Positions 6,865 to 15,412 of a stretch of 20,000 nt of DNA are shown piece by piece. Under the pieces are notes generated by a model. It saw nothing but the letters and a program-made list of their open reading frames with translations. It did no database searches and had not been told where the DNA came from. Each line of letters begins with the position of its first letter. Positions within the stretch are counted from its first letter, which is position 1. The stretch lies in the IMG/VR virus record IMGVR_UViG_2061766007_000322. One strand, 5' to 3'. The position numbers and the translations under genes are program-made. Source of the stretch: an uncultured virus (IMG/VR IMGVR_UViG_2061766007_000322). Lineage: Duplodnaviria > Heunggongvirae > Uroviricota > Caudoviricetes.

Positions 6865-6906
6865 ATAGATAGAGCAATAGTATATTTTATCTATTGCTCT
6901 ATCTAT
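6865..6906. terminator. Hairpin between convergent genes (bidirectional terminator)
   Basis: ATAGATAGAGCAATAG-tatattttat-CTATTGCTCTATCTAT, a perfect 16-bp stem between the stops at 6859 (+) and 6906 (-). Confidence 0.8.
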
Positions 6907-7589
6907 TATACTCTTGGTAAATGTTGATATTTACCATGACATATGTCAAGCATCAGTGTTGTTGTTTTATTTATATCATACAATTCATTACGAATAAAAA
7001 CAATATCAGTATTGTCTACATTTGATACAAAACATGGTACGTGTATAGAAATTTCTGTATTATTTTCAATAACTTTTTCAAATGCACGAAATTGTTCGTA
7101 TTGTTCATATAATCTTCTAAACATTTCACGGTAGTTTTGAGTTTTATTAACATATTCTCGTTCACACGCTCTATCTGTAATAATTTTGTTACTTGCATAA
7201 ATATATATAAATGTCATATTTTTTTCATCGAACGCATCTTTAAATGCCTGAATTGTATCCTTTGTTCCAATTGAGATATATTCTCGTTTGCTACTCATAT
7301 TTTCTGGTTTGCCTGTACCATAGTAGACAATATCATTATCAGAACCACTAAGATGTGATTTATAGGTTCTATATTCAAATATAATACCAGAGTTATACAA
7401 CTCCATAAATTCTTTATCTGTAACAAAATTATATGCTGACTCTGGTTCATTCGGACGTTGAGAGCGAGTTGTATATAATGGGAGGTACATTAACTTCTCT
7501 TCATCATAATTGCATATTTTTAATGCATTATTAAGCATTGTATCCTTACCACTACAACTTCGCCCCATTAACGAAATAACTTTACACAT
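6906..7589 (-). CDS. Guanylate kinase-like nucleoside monophosphate kinase
   Basis: P-loop GRSCSGKDT. GK motifs YTTRSQRPNE, YNFVT, FEYRTY and YYGT. Confidence 0.85.
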   Translation of the reverse strand: MCKVISLMGRSCSGKDTMLNNALKICNYDEEKLMYLPLYTTRSQRPNEPESAYNFVTDKEFMELYNSGIIFEYRTYKSHLSGSDNDIVYYGTGKPENMSSKREYISIGTKDTIQAFKDAFDEKNMTFIYIYASNKIITDRACEREYVNKTQNYREMFRRLYEQYEQFRAFEKVIENNTEISIHVPCFVSNVDNTDIVFIRNELYDINKTTTLMLDICHGKYQHLPRV

Positions 7590-7596
7590 CTTTTTA

Positions 7597-9081
7597 TCAT
7601 ACCTCCATATTTAACATAATAATTTCTTTACACTTCTTTTCAAATACTGGTCTGTGACGTTTAAACATTTGATATACATAATCTATACCCAAATCTACTA
7701 AATAAAATAAATAGGTGTCATCAGTGTCTGAGTATGGTCTAAGACGACCTCGTAATTGATCCGCCAATGCTTTTGAACCTATCGGTTCTGTATTAATAAG
7801 GACTCTTAATCCTTTTATATCATCTCCTTCACCAATACTTTTAATGGTTGCTATTATAATATCACAATTCATAGCAGCTTCTTTTTCTTCATCAGATTTT
7901 CTACTGTGTACTATACCAATAGATTTGTTTGTACAATCTTTAATATAATCAGCAATAATATCTAATGAATCTATTTTTGGTGCGATAATTAAAATTTTAC
8001 CTTTGAGACGATTAACTTTTATAAGAATACTTTCAATAACTCTTAACATAGAATTTCTTTCATTATGTTTCAATTCATAATCAATATATTTGAAAGTATT
8101 AAATCCATATCTTCCACCAACTATTTGGGTTACAGTGTATATCGATGGCCTTGACTGAAATGTTGTACATATAAGATTTATATGTTTTCTTACTCCATCA
8201 TATTGTAATGTTTCCTCACCAAATCTATAAAGAGAAGCATACGCTCTTTCAAAGATTCTTATTTCCTTTGGATCACTACGGGTAAATGTTGCTGTAAGAT
8301 AATAATTTCTTTTTACATTTGAAAAATAGTCTATCATTAATGAATTCTCAAAAAATCTATGAGCCTCGTCTACTACTTTAACACCAACTCTTATCTTTTT
8401 AAAGAAATCATGTAATGCCTCCCATGAATTCATTCTTGCATATGATGCCAATGTCTGGTGGTTTACAAGATATATATCACCTTCAAGCTCGTTATTCATG
8501 ATTTTATTCATTTCATTAGAACTATCTATAACAACAACCCTATCTTCAGTAATATTGGACTTGTTAATAAATTCTAAATACCATTGGTCCCTTAACCTTG
8601 TTTTATGAGTTATAACTATTGCTTTAAGATTTAAATCAGCAATCGCAGCAATCATACAATAGGTTTTACCAGCACCAGTATCAAGATTTAATCCATATTG
8701 ATTATAGTAATTTCCTTTTGTAAATCTTCCTTTGGATGTTAGGAAATCAATACTATCTTCTTGAATTACATCTCTTGGTTTATAATTCATATCAATTTTA
8801 TTTTTTATATTTTCACATCTATCAACATAATCAATACTAATCTTATTAGGAGTTGCATTGAATTCGTTGGCTAATAAATTAAGCGATGTACCTCTTGGTA
8901 AATAAAGTATATTATTTTCTATATAATAACCAATTGGTATATATTGATGTGTCACGTCGTCCCATTTAGAAAACATTTTTTCCACTTTTGGAGAATCATT
9001 TTTCATATATGGGAATACTTCAATATGCGTACTATATATTCTAATAGAATAGTCTTTATCTATTAGTAGTTTATTTATCAT
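7597..9081 (-). CDS. Superfamily 2 DNA helicase (UvsW/ResIII-like, DEAH)
   Basis: Q-motif KPRDVIQ, Walker A DTGAGKT, motif II VVDEAH, motif III LTAT, motif V IGEGDDI, motif VI QLRGRLR. Start placed at ATG 9081 because the ORF-track GTG at 9090 is part of the SD GAGGTG. Confidence 0.9.
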   Translation of the reverse strand: MINKLLIDKDYSIRIYSTHIEVFPYMKNDSPKVEKMFSKWDDVTHQYIPIGYYIENNILYLPRGTSLNLLANEFNATPNKISIDYVDRCENIKNKIDMNYKPRDVIQEDSIDFLTSKGRFTKGNYYNQYGLNLDTGAGKTYCMIAAIADLNLKAIVITHKTRLRDQWYLEFINKSNITEDRVVVIDSSNEMNKIMNNELEGDIYLVNHQTLASYARMNSWEALHDFFKKIRVGVKVVDEAHRFFENSLMIDYFSNVKRNYYLTATFTRSDPKEIRIFERAYASLYRFGEETLQYDGVRKHINLICTTFQSRPSIYTVTQIVGGRYGFNTFKYIDYELKHNERNSMLRVIESILIKVNRLKGKILIIAPKIDSLDIIADYIKDCTNKSIGIVHSRKSDEEKEAAMNCDIIIATIKSIGEGDDIKGLRVLINTEPIGSKALADQLRGRLRPYSDTDDTYLFYLVDLGIDYVYQMFKRHRPVFEKKCKEIIMLNMEV

Positions 9082-9100
9082 TTTATTCACCTCTTAGTAT

Positions 9101-9138
9101 AAAAAATAACCGGATCAGAACGAATCTTAATCCGGTTA
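9101..9138 (-). terminator. Intrinsic terminator after the 91-aa ORF
   Basis: TAACCGGAT(9107-9115)...ATCCGGTTA(9130-9138). On the - strand it is followed by TTTTTT. Confidence 0.7.
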
Positions 9139-9172
9139 CCTTTTTTATTTAATTGTGTTCGGGTTTTTATTA

Positions 9173-9448
9173 TTAGAAAATAGAACCGCTTCTTCTGGTG
9201 TTAGCTCTGTTATTTGTACCACTAAAACCAGATACAGAAACAAGAGCCTCTGTGAGAATTGCAACTCTTTCTTCATTGCTGAAGTCTTTCAGCATATTTG
9301 TAATATCCTGTTTTGTTCTGTCGTCAAGACGGCCAGAGTTGGCACGAGTCTTAACCGCATCGGCAATAATACCTGCGGCTTTCTTAATAATCTGATTTCT
9401 TTTTGTTACCAGGTCCTGAATTTCCTGACTTGCTGTAGTAAAGTCCAT
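9173..9448 (-). CDS. Hypothetical protein (91 aa)
   Basis: SD AAAGGAAG upstream, terminator downstream, co-oriented with neighbouring genes. Confidence 0.75.
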   Translation of the reverse strand: MDFTTASQEIQDLVTKRNQIIKKAAGIIADAVKTRANSGRLDDRTKQDITNMLKDFSNEERVAILTEALVSVSGFSGTNNRANTRRSGSIF

Positions 9449-9572
9449 AATATGACTTCCTTTCTTATCTTATTATTTTTTTTATTATCATGTCCGCAAG
9501 CATATAACAATTTATAATAGGTTATGAGAAGTTTGTTAAAACTTGCGGTTATGACCTTTTTAAACAGTTACA

Positions 9573-10322
9573 TTATTCACTGGCTTCAGGGATTTTTGAC
9601 TTGAGAAATTCAATAATATCAATTCCCTCTTCTCTAAGCTCTGATACTGTCATCGCACTATCCTTCTCCGTTAAATATACAATCGGTTCAGGAAGCTTAT
9701 CGTCCGCGGTATCTTTTGAATAGGCAATAATAACTGTTTCATACTGTAAGAGTTCTGCCCATGAATTGTAATACGGAACAGACATCTTGGTTGATTTATT
9801 AAGCCCACTCTGCATATTGGACAATCTGTGTGGTTGTCCCGTAGGAAGTTTAGGCTTAATTTTTGCCATACTAATGCTGAGAACATTAAGTATGGTCTTC
9901 GTGATTTTTTTCAGAAAATCATCATTTGCATAAACTACAGGACGATATTTTTCCGATTGAGCATTAAGCCCGTCAATAAACATCTTATCGTAATCTGCAT
10001 CAGGGTTTTCCTTTGCCATGTTGATGATGTCATTTACAGATCTGGCTACAAGTTTATCTGGGTCAAAATATTTTTTGTACTCAATATCAAATCTGGATTT
10101 TTCAATAGCATTATTAGACTTCCAAAAGTAAGGATACAGCGTCCTTACATCATCAGGTTTATTTTTTTTATATATCCATACCTGATTATCATAGCTGTCA
10201 ATGTATCCTTTACCATCAACAAAATTCATCTCTTGGCTATCTTTATCCTTTGAGTTAAAGTAGCCAAGGACAGAAAAGGTATCTTTTGGCGTGAAAATAA
10301 ACGCTGGAAAAGATTTGACCAT
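9573..10322 (-). CDS. Hypothetical protein (249 aa)
   Basis: Long ORF with SD-like AAGGAGGCGAAGGCGGA upstream. No confident motif. Confidence 0.8.
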   Translation of the reverse strand: MVKSFPAFIFTPKDTFSVLGYFNSKDKDSQEMNFVDGKGYIDSYDNQVWIYKKNKPDDVRTLYPYFWKSNNAIEKSRFDIEYKKYFDPDKLVARSVNDIINMAKENPDADYDKMFIDGLNAQSEKYRPVVYANDDFLKKITKTILNVLSISMAKIKPKLPTGQPHRLSNMQSGLNKSTKMSVPYYNSWAELLQYETVIIAYSKDTADDKLPEPIVYLTEKDSAMTVSELREEGIDIIEFLKSKIPEASE

Positions 10323-10351
10323 TTCCGCCTTCGCCTCCTTGTTTTTTATTT

Positions 10352-11011
10352 TTAAATGAACACGTTCTCGTCGTATTTGTGTTTAATGAGAGCGTTCAAA
10401 TAAAATTCAACTATATCACATGTTACGGGTGAATAATTGTTGGCGTCAACACCAACATTAAGACCATATTTTGTTATTTTCCTAAGACCGTGTATATGAC
10501 CAAAAAGATTATAAACAGGATTTGTGATAGAATCCGTAAGGGAATCAAATTCGCATACAAATGGTTGTGACGGATGTCTTCTTGATTCATCACACACAAC
10601 GTCGCCATTAGCCGTCATCACACAATCAATTGGTTTATGAACAAGATTGACAAGTCCAATAAAACCAAATAAGGTATTTGTATCTACTTGATTAAAGCAA
10701 TAATGACTAAGACACATGCCTTCAAAGCCGTCGACTATACTTCCCTTTACCTCAGAGTCATAGTTGCCACAAATAAGGATGTGCTTACCATTAAGATATT
10801 TAACCGTTTCCAAATCACCAAAATCGCCTATATGAAATGTAAGTGTATCATTATCAGCAATCTGGTTGAACCTATTTATAATAGTTTCGTCTGCTTCTGC
10901 GACTGAACAGAACGGTCTTTTATTCAGGAACAGATGGCGTTCGCTACCATAATGTTCATCTGAAGTAAACAAAACTTTTCTGTGCATTACATATTCATTT
11001 ATATTAAACAT
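10352..11011 (-). CDS. Calcineurin-like metallophosphoesterase
   Basis: Motifs TSDEHYG, HIGDF, GNYD, VH and FGHIH, plus the phage-type C-terminal LNVGVDANNYSPV. Confidence 0.88.
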   Translation of the reverse strand: MFNINEYVMHRKVLFTSDEHYGSERHLFLNKRPFCSVAEADETIINRFNQIADNDTLTFHIGDFGDLETVKYLNGKHILICGNYDSEVKGSIVDGFEGMCLSHYCFNQVDTNTLFGFIGLVNLVHKPIDCVMTANGDVVCDESRRHPSQPFVCEFDSLTDSITNPVYNLFGHIHGLRKITKYGLNVGVDANNYSPVTCDIVEFYLNALIKHKYDENVFI

Positions 11012-11045
11012 ATTTATTTCTCCTTTATCGTTTATTTACCATTAT

Positions 11046-11744
11046 TTACCATCCGACATATACATCGATGACATAGTCATTCCCTGTACCATAATCATAT
11101 ATTACTCCAAGCCCCCACGGTGTATAAACCGCAGAGAATCTGTCCATCGTATCAGGCGTATTAGAAGCAAGGCAGAGATTACCGTTACCATCACGCACAA
11201 ATCCATACTCATCAGTCCAGCGACCAGGAATATACAATCCATCGCCAGGAAGAACACGTTCGGAGTAATATGTAAAATAGTAGCCATCATATTCGATGAC
11301 TCCATTTTCTTTAAAGTAACCTGGAGAATACATCATATAACTTGGATAAGTATCGTATCCAAATCCATCAATAGAGTATTTTTCAGGAACATAAACGTCT
11401 CCAGCTACTGTAGTATCTTCAACAGGTTTTACCATAGTAAGCCAATCGCTATGCATGTAATAGTTGTGATTATCATACTGTATCTGAACCCAACCATTGT
11501 ATCTATCAGTAACATCGGTTGCGACAACTTCAGTACCAGGTTTATAAACATCAATAATTCTGGCATCAAGACTGGGTTCTTCTCTTACTCTTAACCAATC
11601 GGTCGTGTAAAGAATCATCCGGTCATATTCTTTCTCGATAACAACATCATTGTTTGCATCAAGTACTATAGATGTTGAATTTGTACATGCTACGCTAAAC
11701 AACATAGTCGATACCATTGCAGCAATTCTATTTTTAGCTTTCAT
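11046..11744 (-). CDS. Secreted/lipoprotein-like SH3b domain protein with a C-terminal 3D-like (putative lytic transglycosylase) domain
   Basis: Signal-like N-terminus MKAKNRIAAMVSTMLFSVAC. SH3b LRVREEPSLDARIIDVYKPGTEV...GWVQIQY...YMHSDWL. C-terminal TYYS...LAS...VYTPWGLGVIYDYG...IDVYV. Confidence 0.7.
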   Translation of the reverse strand: MKAKNRIAAMVSTMLFSVACTNSTSIVLDANNDVVIEKEYDRMILYTTDWLRVREEPSLDARIIDVYKPGTEVVATDVTDRYNGWVQIQYDNHNYYMHSDWLTMVKPVEDTTVAGDVYVPEKYSIDGFGYDTYPSYMMYSPGYFKENGVIEYDGYYFTYYSERVLPGDGLYIPGRWTDEYGFVRDGNGNLCLASNTPDTMDRFSAVYTPWGLGVIYDYGTGNDYVIDVYVGW

Positions 11745-12333
11745 TTGTTATACCTCTATTTCTTGTATTTTGTATTGTAGCCATCTTAATAGCTTCTAAT
11801 GATAATTGAGTCATATCTATTTTACTGAGCTCACTTATTAAATATTCTAACTCAGTGTATGTTAAATACGTATATGAACTCAACGAGTTAATATAAAGTA
11901 TTACACCTTCATATGCTTTACCGTTACTATCAGTAACTACCGATGGCTTTAATTTAATCTTTTTTGATGAGGATGATAACGCAGTAAATGTTTCAACATT
12001 CTCATTCACCATAAGTTCATTATTCATATAGAAAAATAAATCCTTATTATTGGTAAAATACATTGCACATTTTTTTAACATTTTTATCAATAAATAAAGA
12101 TAATATCTATTGAAGGTTATTGATGAGTTGTAGTTATATCCACCATCCTCAAAAATCTCTAATGTTACATAGGGGTGTGGAGCTATTTTTACATACTCGT
12201 TCCCATCAACAGTAAACTTAGAAATTATTGGTTGCATTTGTACAGCTGGCGAAACTACATCTTGACGTAATACTATACCAAATTTTACTTTGAGAGTATT
12301 TATCTTGAATAATTCAATTATCGCCCTATACAT
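11734..12333 (-). CDS. Hypothetical protein (199 aa)
   Basis: SD GGAGGTG upstream. Overlaps the next gene start by 11 nt, suggesting translational coupling. Confidence 0.8.
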   Translation of the reverse strand: MYRAIIELFKINTLKVKFGIVLRQDVVSPAVQMQPIISKFTVDGNEYVKIAPHPYVTLEIFEDGGYNYNSSITFNRYYLYLLIKMLKKCAMYFTNNKDLFFYMNNELMVNENVETFTALSSSSKKIKLKPSVVTDSNGKAYEGVILYINSLSSYTYLTYTELEYLISELSKIDMTQLSLEAIKMATIQNTRNRGITNES

Positions 12334-12415
12334 GAAGCACCACCTCCATTAATTTCAAAGTTACCACGATTATAAAAATATAAAAATCGTATGTAACATT
12401 TTGAACGGTCATCAA

Positions 12416-12451
12416 GGTGCGCGATGTATAACATCAAGCACATCGCACACC
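12416..12451 (-). terminator. Terminator-like hairpin downstream of the 161-aa ORF
   Basis: Minus strand GGTGTGCGATGT...ACATCGCGCACC, a 12-bp stem with one G.U pair and only a weak U-tract. Confidence 0.55.
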
Positions 12452-12484
12452 TAATAACCACGCCTATTTTACAAGCACGCCATA

Positions 12485-12970
12485 TTAAATTTCGTTGATT
12501 GCCTCCATAAGACGTTCATACGATTCCTTCAGAAACGCGACGTTCTTTTCACAAACATTGATCTTTGAGAGTATGACTCCGCGGTCATTCTCACTAAGAT
12601 ATTCATCGTTGACTATGTCTTTAAGTATATTCAAAAGGTTCGTATATTCACCAGACGTTTTTTTGGCGGTTTCACAATCTCTGTACAACCTTGTTATGGT
12701 TGCACTATCAACACGATGTTTGTTTTCCATATTGAACTTTTCTGCAAGAATCTTCTGGTTGTTGTCATAGGGTTTATTCTTACCATCATCAGAGTTATCA
12801 ACACCGATAGAACAATTCAATATATCGGTAACCTGTTCGCCTTTTGCCGACGACGCCATGATAATTTTTTCTATCTGTTCCATCAAGTTTTTGTTGCCTG
12901 ATTCAGGGATACTACCATCCTCAATAATCATAATTATTTTTCCTGCAAATGAATTTTCTCCGTTTTTCAT
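12485..12970 (-). CDS. Hypothetical protein (161 aa, C-terminal coiled coil)
   Basis: SD AAAGGAG lies within the end of the upstream ORF. Helical heptad-like C-terminus. Confidence 0.78.
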   Translation of the reverse strand: MKNGENSFAGKIIMIIEDGSIPESGNKNLMEQIEKIIMASSAKGEQVTDILNCSIGVDNSDDGKNKPYDNNQKILAEKFNMENKHRVDSATITRLYRDCETAKKTSGEYTNLLNILKDIVNDEYLSENDRGVILSKINVCEKNVAFLKESYERLMEAINEI

Positions 12971-12975
12971 AGTAA

Positions 12976-13233
12976 TTAATCTCCTTTTTCTGTCATTGGT
13001 TTTTTCGTAAAGAGCTCAACATGATGTCCTTCACTGTCGATATAGTACTTAACAACAGTACCACAAGTCTTACACCAGTTGATCGTTACCGTCATTTCTC
13101 CGAATTTCTGTTCATGAACACATACGAATGTATGGTTATGATTATAGAAATCAGAGGGGTCTTTGTTCTTCTGCTGAACTGCAGACGTATGACCTTCGCT
13201 TATTTCTTCAAGCGGTTCATCATAATAGTACAT
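12976..13233 (-). CDS. Small hypothetical protein, possibly Zn-binding (85 aa)
   Basis: SD GGAAGGA. Contains HNH..C.H...WCKTCG. First gene after the promoter motif at 13326-13335. Confidence 0.72.
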   Translation of the reverse strand: MYYYDEPLEEISEGHTSAVQQKNKDPSDFYNHNHTFVCVHEQKFGEMTVTINWCKTCGTVVKYYIDSEGHHVELFTKKPMTEKGD

Positions 13234-13325
13234 GCAAATTCATCCTTCCTGTATTTTGTATTTTTTAGAAATGCATTATGCTGATATGTATAAATACAGA
13301 TAGCACATATTACAAATCTACTATA

Positions 13326-13335
13326 ATAATATATA
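13326..13335 (-). promoter_or_regulatory. Putative phage early promoter (TATATATTAT)
   Basis: Exact motif on the - strand, 18 nt downstream of hairpin 13354-13386 and upstream of ORF 13233. Confidence 0.7.
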
Positions 13336-13353
13336 ACTAAAATTATATAGTGA

Positions 13354-13386
13354 AATTCGGGAATAATATGATATTATTCCCGAATT
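13354..13386 (-). terminator. Hairpin after the RNAP subunit gene
   Basis: AATTCGGGAATAATAT-g-ATATTATTCCCGAATT, a near-perfect palindrome 7 nt after the stop codon. Confidence 0.75.
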
Positions 13387-13393
13387 CTTTTAG

Positions 13394-15280
13394 TTATTCT
13401 TCATCATCAAATTCATCTTCATCAGGTAAGTCTTCACTATATACAAGATCATCAACATTACCTTTTTTCTTCTTCTTTCTTTTAAGCATATTAGATGCTG
13501 CAGAAGCTTCGGATTCGGTATCATCATTGTCTATTTCATCTTCAACAACTACTTCACAATGACCCTCTTTTGAAGTACCGTATACCTTAATATCAAGATT
13601 GCTTGTTTGAAGTGTCATTATAGCATCATAAAAATCTGATTCAGAGTCGAAATCAAGTTTTATATACTGCACACCTTTTTTCTTAAGAATCTCCGCAAGA
13701 TCTTTTTGAAACTCATACATGAAATTATCTTTTTCAGGACTATCATCAAAATAAGCACCTTTGATTTTACCATATGGTGTTAGCAAACCAGATGTTCCTG
13801 GGTCAGAGTTTCCGCACACAAGTATATCAAGATTTCCAAGAAATGATGGGTGAATTCCTCTATATTTAAGCCCAATATTATTAGCATTTTTACCTCCAAG
13901 TGAATGTGGTCCCTTGTTAGTAAATTTGAACTTAGAAAAGAATGTCATATCATTAACCGCCTCGTCAAATCTGAGAATACCAGAATTATGCATTTTCTGA
14001 ATAAGAATATCACCAGAAAATCTGAAAAACTCTCTGTAGTTATCAATTGTTGCTTTTTCACCAAGAGAAATAATTCTATTAAGCCTTGATGAGAATTCCA
14101 AAGTAAGAAGTGATGAAATAACTTCATTACAACGAAGCCTCTTATTCTTAAGAGAAAGATTATCTTTAGTTCTGAGGAACGTAAATTCTTGACACATCCA
14201 ACGAAGAACTGTATATATATCCTGTCTATGATAAGGATGTGTTTTAACTATCTTCTTTGTGGTTTCATCAAGAAGTCGTCCAAGAAAATTAAGAGTTGAT
14301 TCACCTTTTTCGTAGTTGTTTGTACCAGAAATTTTCTTAATCCAAACTTTCGGATCGTCAAACGATGCTATTGTTGTTCGATTATTGCATACATGAAGAA
14401 TACCACCAACAATGGATTGAAGATAAATATACTTATTAAAAAGTGTCCTATTTACTGAAAGAAAACACTTATTAGAAATAGGAAAGTATATTGTATCTGG
14501 TTCATGAATGTCAGGAAGTTTCTCAAGAAGTTCAATGGCACCGTTTACACCAAGAAAGTCCATAGCACTACGGAATCCATCCTTAAGATAGAAAAGAATA
14601 ACTGGAACTTCTTTCTTGAATACAAATACGTTATAGTATGGAAGTGTGTATTGTTTACCATAACAATCTTCAATATTCACATTATCAGATTCCATCTTTT
14701 CGTCTGTAAGTGGTGTATCTTCAATATCATCTTTAACATCAATTTCGTTAATACCTGTACTTTCAAGAATACCTCTTTTAACAGCAACCGGCATAAGAGA
14801 TTTAAGAGTAACACTCTGATTTGATGTGTACGTAGATTTTTCCACCATCTGGTAAATAAGATAATACTTCTTTCCATGGATGTAATAATAACCTTTTTCA
14901 TCTTGAATAGGAATAAGCATTTCTTTCTTTACAGGATAAACATGCTTGTACATCTCTCCAGTGTGTTCATTCTTTTCCATAAGATGAATTTCAAGATGTA
15001 CTGTAAGTTTACCAAAACGGTCATCTGCGATAAACTTATAATCCTTTTTATCCCTTTTCTTCTTTTTCTTTTCACGCTTGAAAATATACTTGTTGACATC
15101 TATATCATATTCGTTGGTGTCAAATTCATAACCAATAAACTTAATATTAGGTACAACTTCAAGCGATTTCCATGAGTCAACTATATAGTCTACAAGTGGG
15201 GCATCAAAATCTTTGGTCATAAGACCTGAATTGAGCCTTGGCTCAAATTCACTTGGGTAATCATGAATCAGTGATATCAT
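13394..15280 (-). CDS. Jumbo-phage multisubunit RNA polymerase, beta subunit N-terminal half (probably the non-virion RNAP)
   Basis: IPIQDEKGYYYIHGKKYYLIYQM matches RpoB iPlmt..GtFiinG.erv.vsQl. KRLRCNE matches RpoB rRlr.vGE. RGIHPSFLGNLDILVCGNSDPGTSGLL matches RpoB RdvH.shyGr.c..etpeg.niGl. The ORF ends shortly after this region, so RpoB is split as in phiKZ/AR9. Confidence 0.85.
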   Translation of the reverse strand: MISLIHDYPSEFEPRLNSGLMTKDFDAPLVDYIVDSWKSLEVVPNIKFIGYEFDTNEYDIDVNKYIFKREKKKKKRDKKDYKFIADDRFGKLTVHLEIHLMEKNEHTGEMYKHVYPVKKEMLIPIQDEKGYYYIHGKKYYLIYQMVEKSTYTSNQSVTLKSLMPVAVKRGILESTGINEIDVKDDIEDTPLTDEKMESDNVNIEDCYGKQYTLPYYNVFVFKKEVPVILFYLKDGFRSAMDFLGVNGAIELLEKLPDIHEPDTIYFPISNKCFLSVNRTLFNKYIYLQSIVGGILHVCNNRTTIASFDDPKVWIKKISGTNNYEKGESTLNFLGRLLDETTKKIVKTHPYHRQDIYTVLRWMCQEFTFLRTKDNLSLKNKRLRCNEVISSLLTLEFSSRLNRIISLGEKATIDNYREFFRFSGDILIQKMHNSGILRFDEAVNDMTFFSKFKFTNKGPHSLGGKNANNIGLKYRGIHPSFLGNLDILVCGNSDPGTSGLLTPYGKIKGAYFDDSPEKDNFMYEFQKDLAEILKKKGVQYIKLDFDSESDFYDAIMTLQTSNLDIKVYGTSKEGHCEVVVEDEIDNDDTESEASAASNMLKRKKKKKGNVDDLVYSEDLPDEDEFDDEE

Positions 15281-15323
15281 AATTAAACCTCTCCTTTCTT
15301 TTTATATTTTTCAATGCAAAAAT

Positions 15324-15333
15324 ATAATATATA
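15324..15333 (-). promoter_or_regulatory. Putative phage early promoter (TATATATTAT) for the RNAP subunit gene
   Basis: Exact motif on the - strand between terminator 15342-15386 and the SD/ATG at 15280. Confidence 0.72.
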
Positions 15334-15341
15334 AATTTGCT

Positions 15342-15386
15342 AAAAAATACGAAGTGATGGTATTTATTCAACACTCCGTATTTTTT
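15342..15386 (-). terminator. Intrinsic terminator
   Basis: Minus strand AAAAAATACGGAGTG...CACTTCGTATTTTTT, a stem with one G.U pair ending in a T6 run. Confidence 0.8.
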
Positions 15387-15412
15387 GTTATGGTTTATAT
15401 TCGTACAATGAC

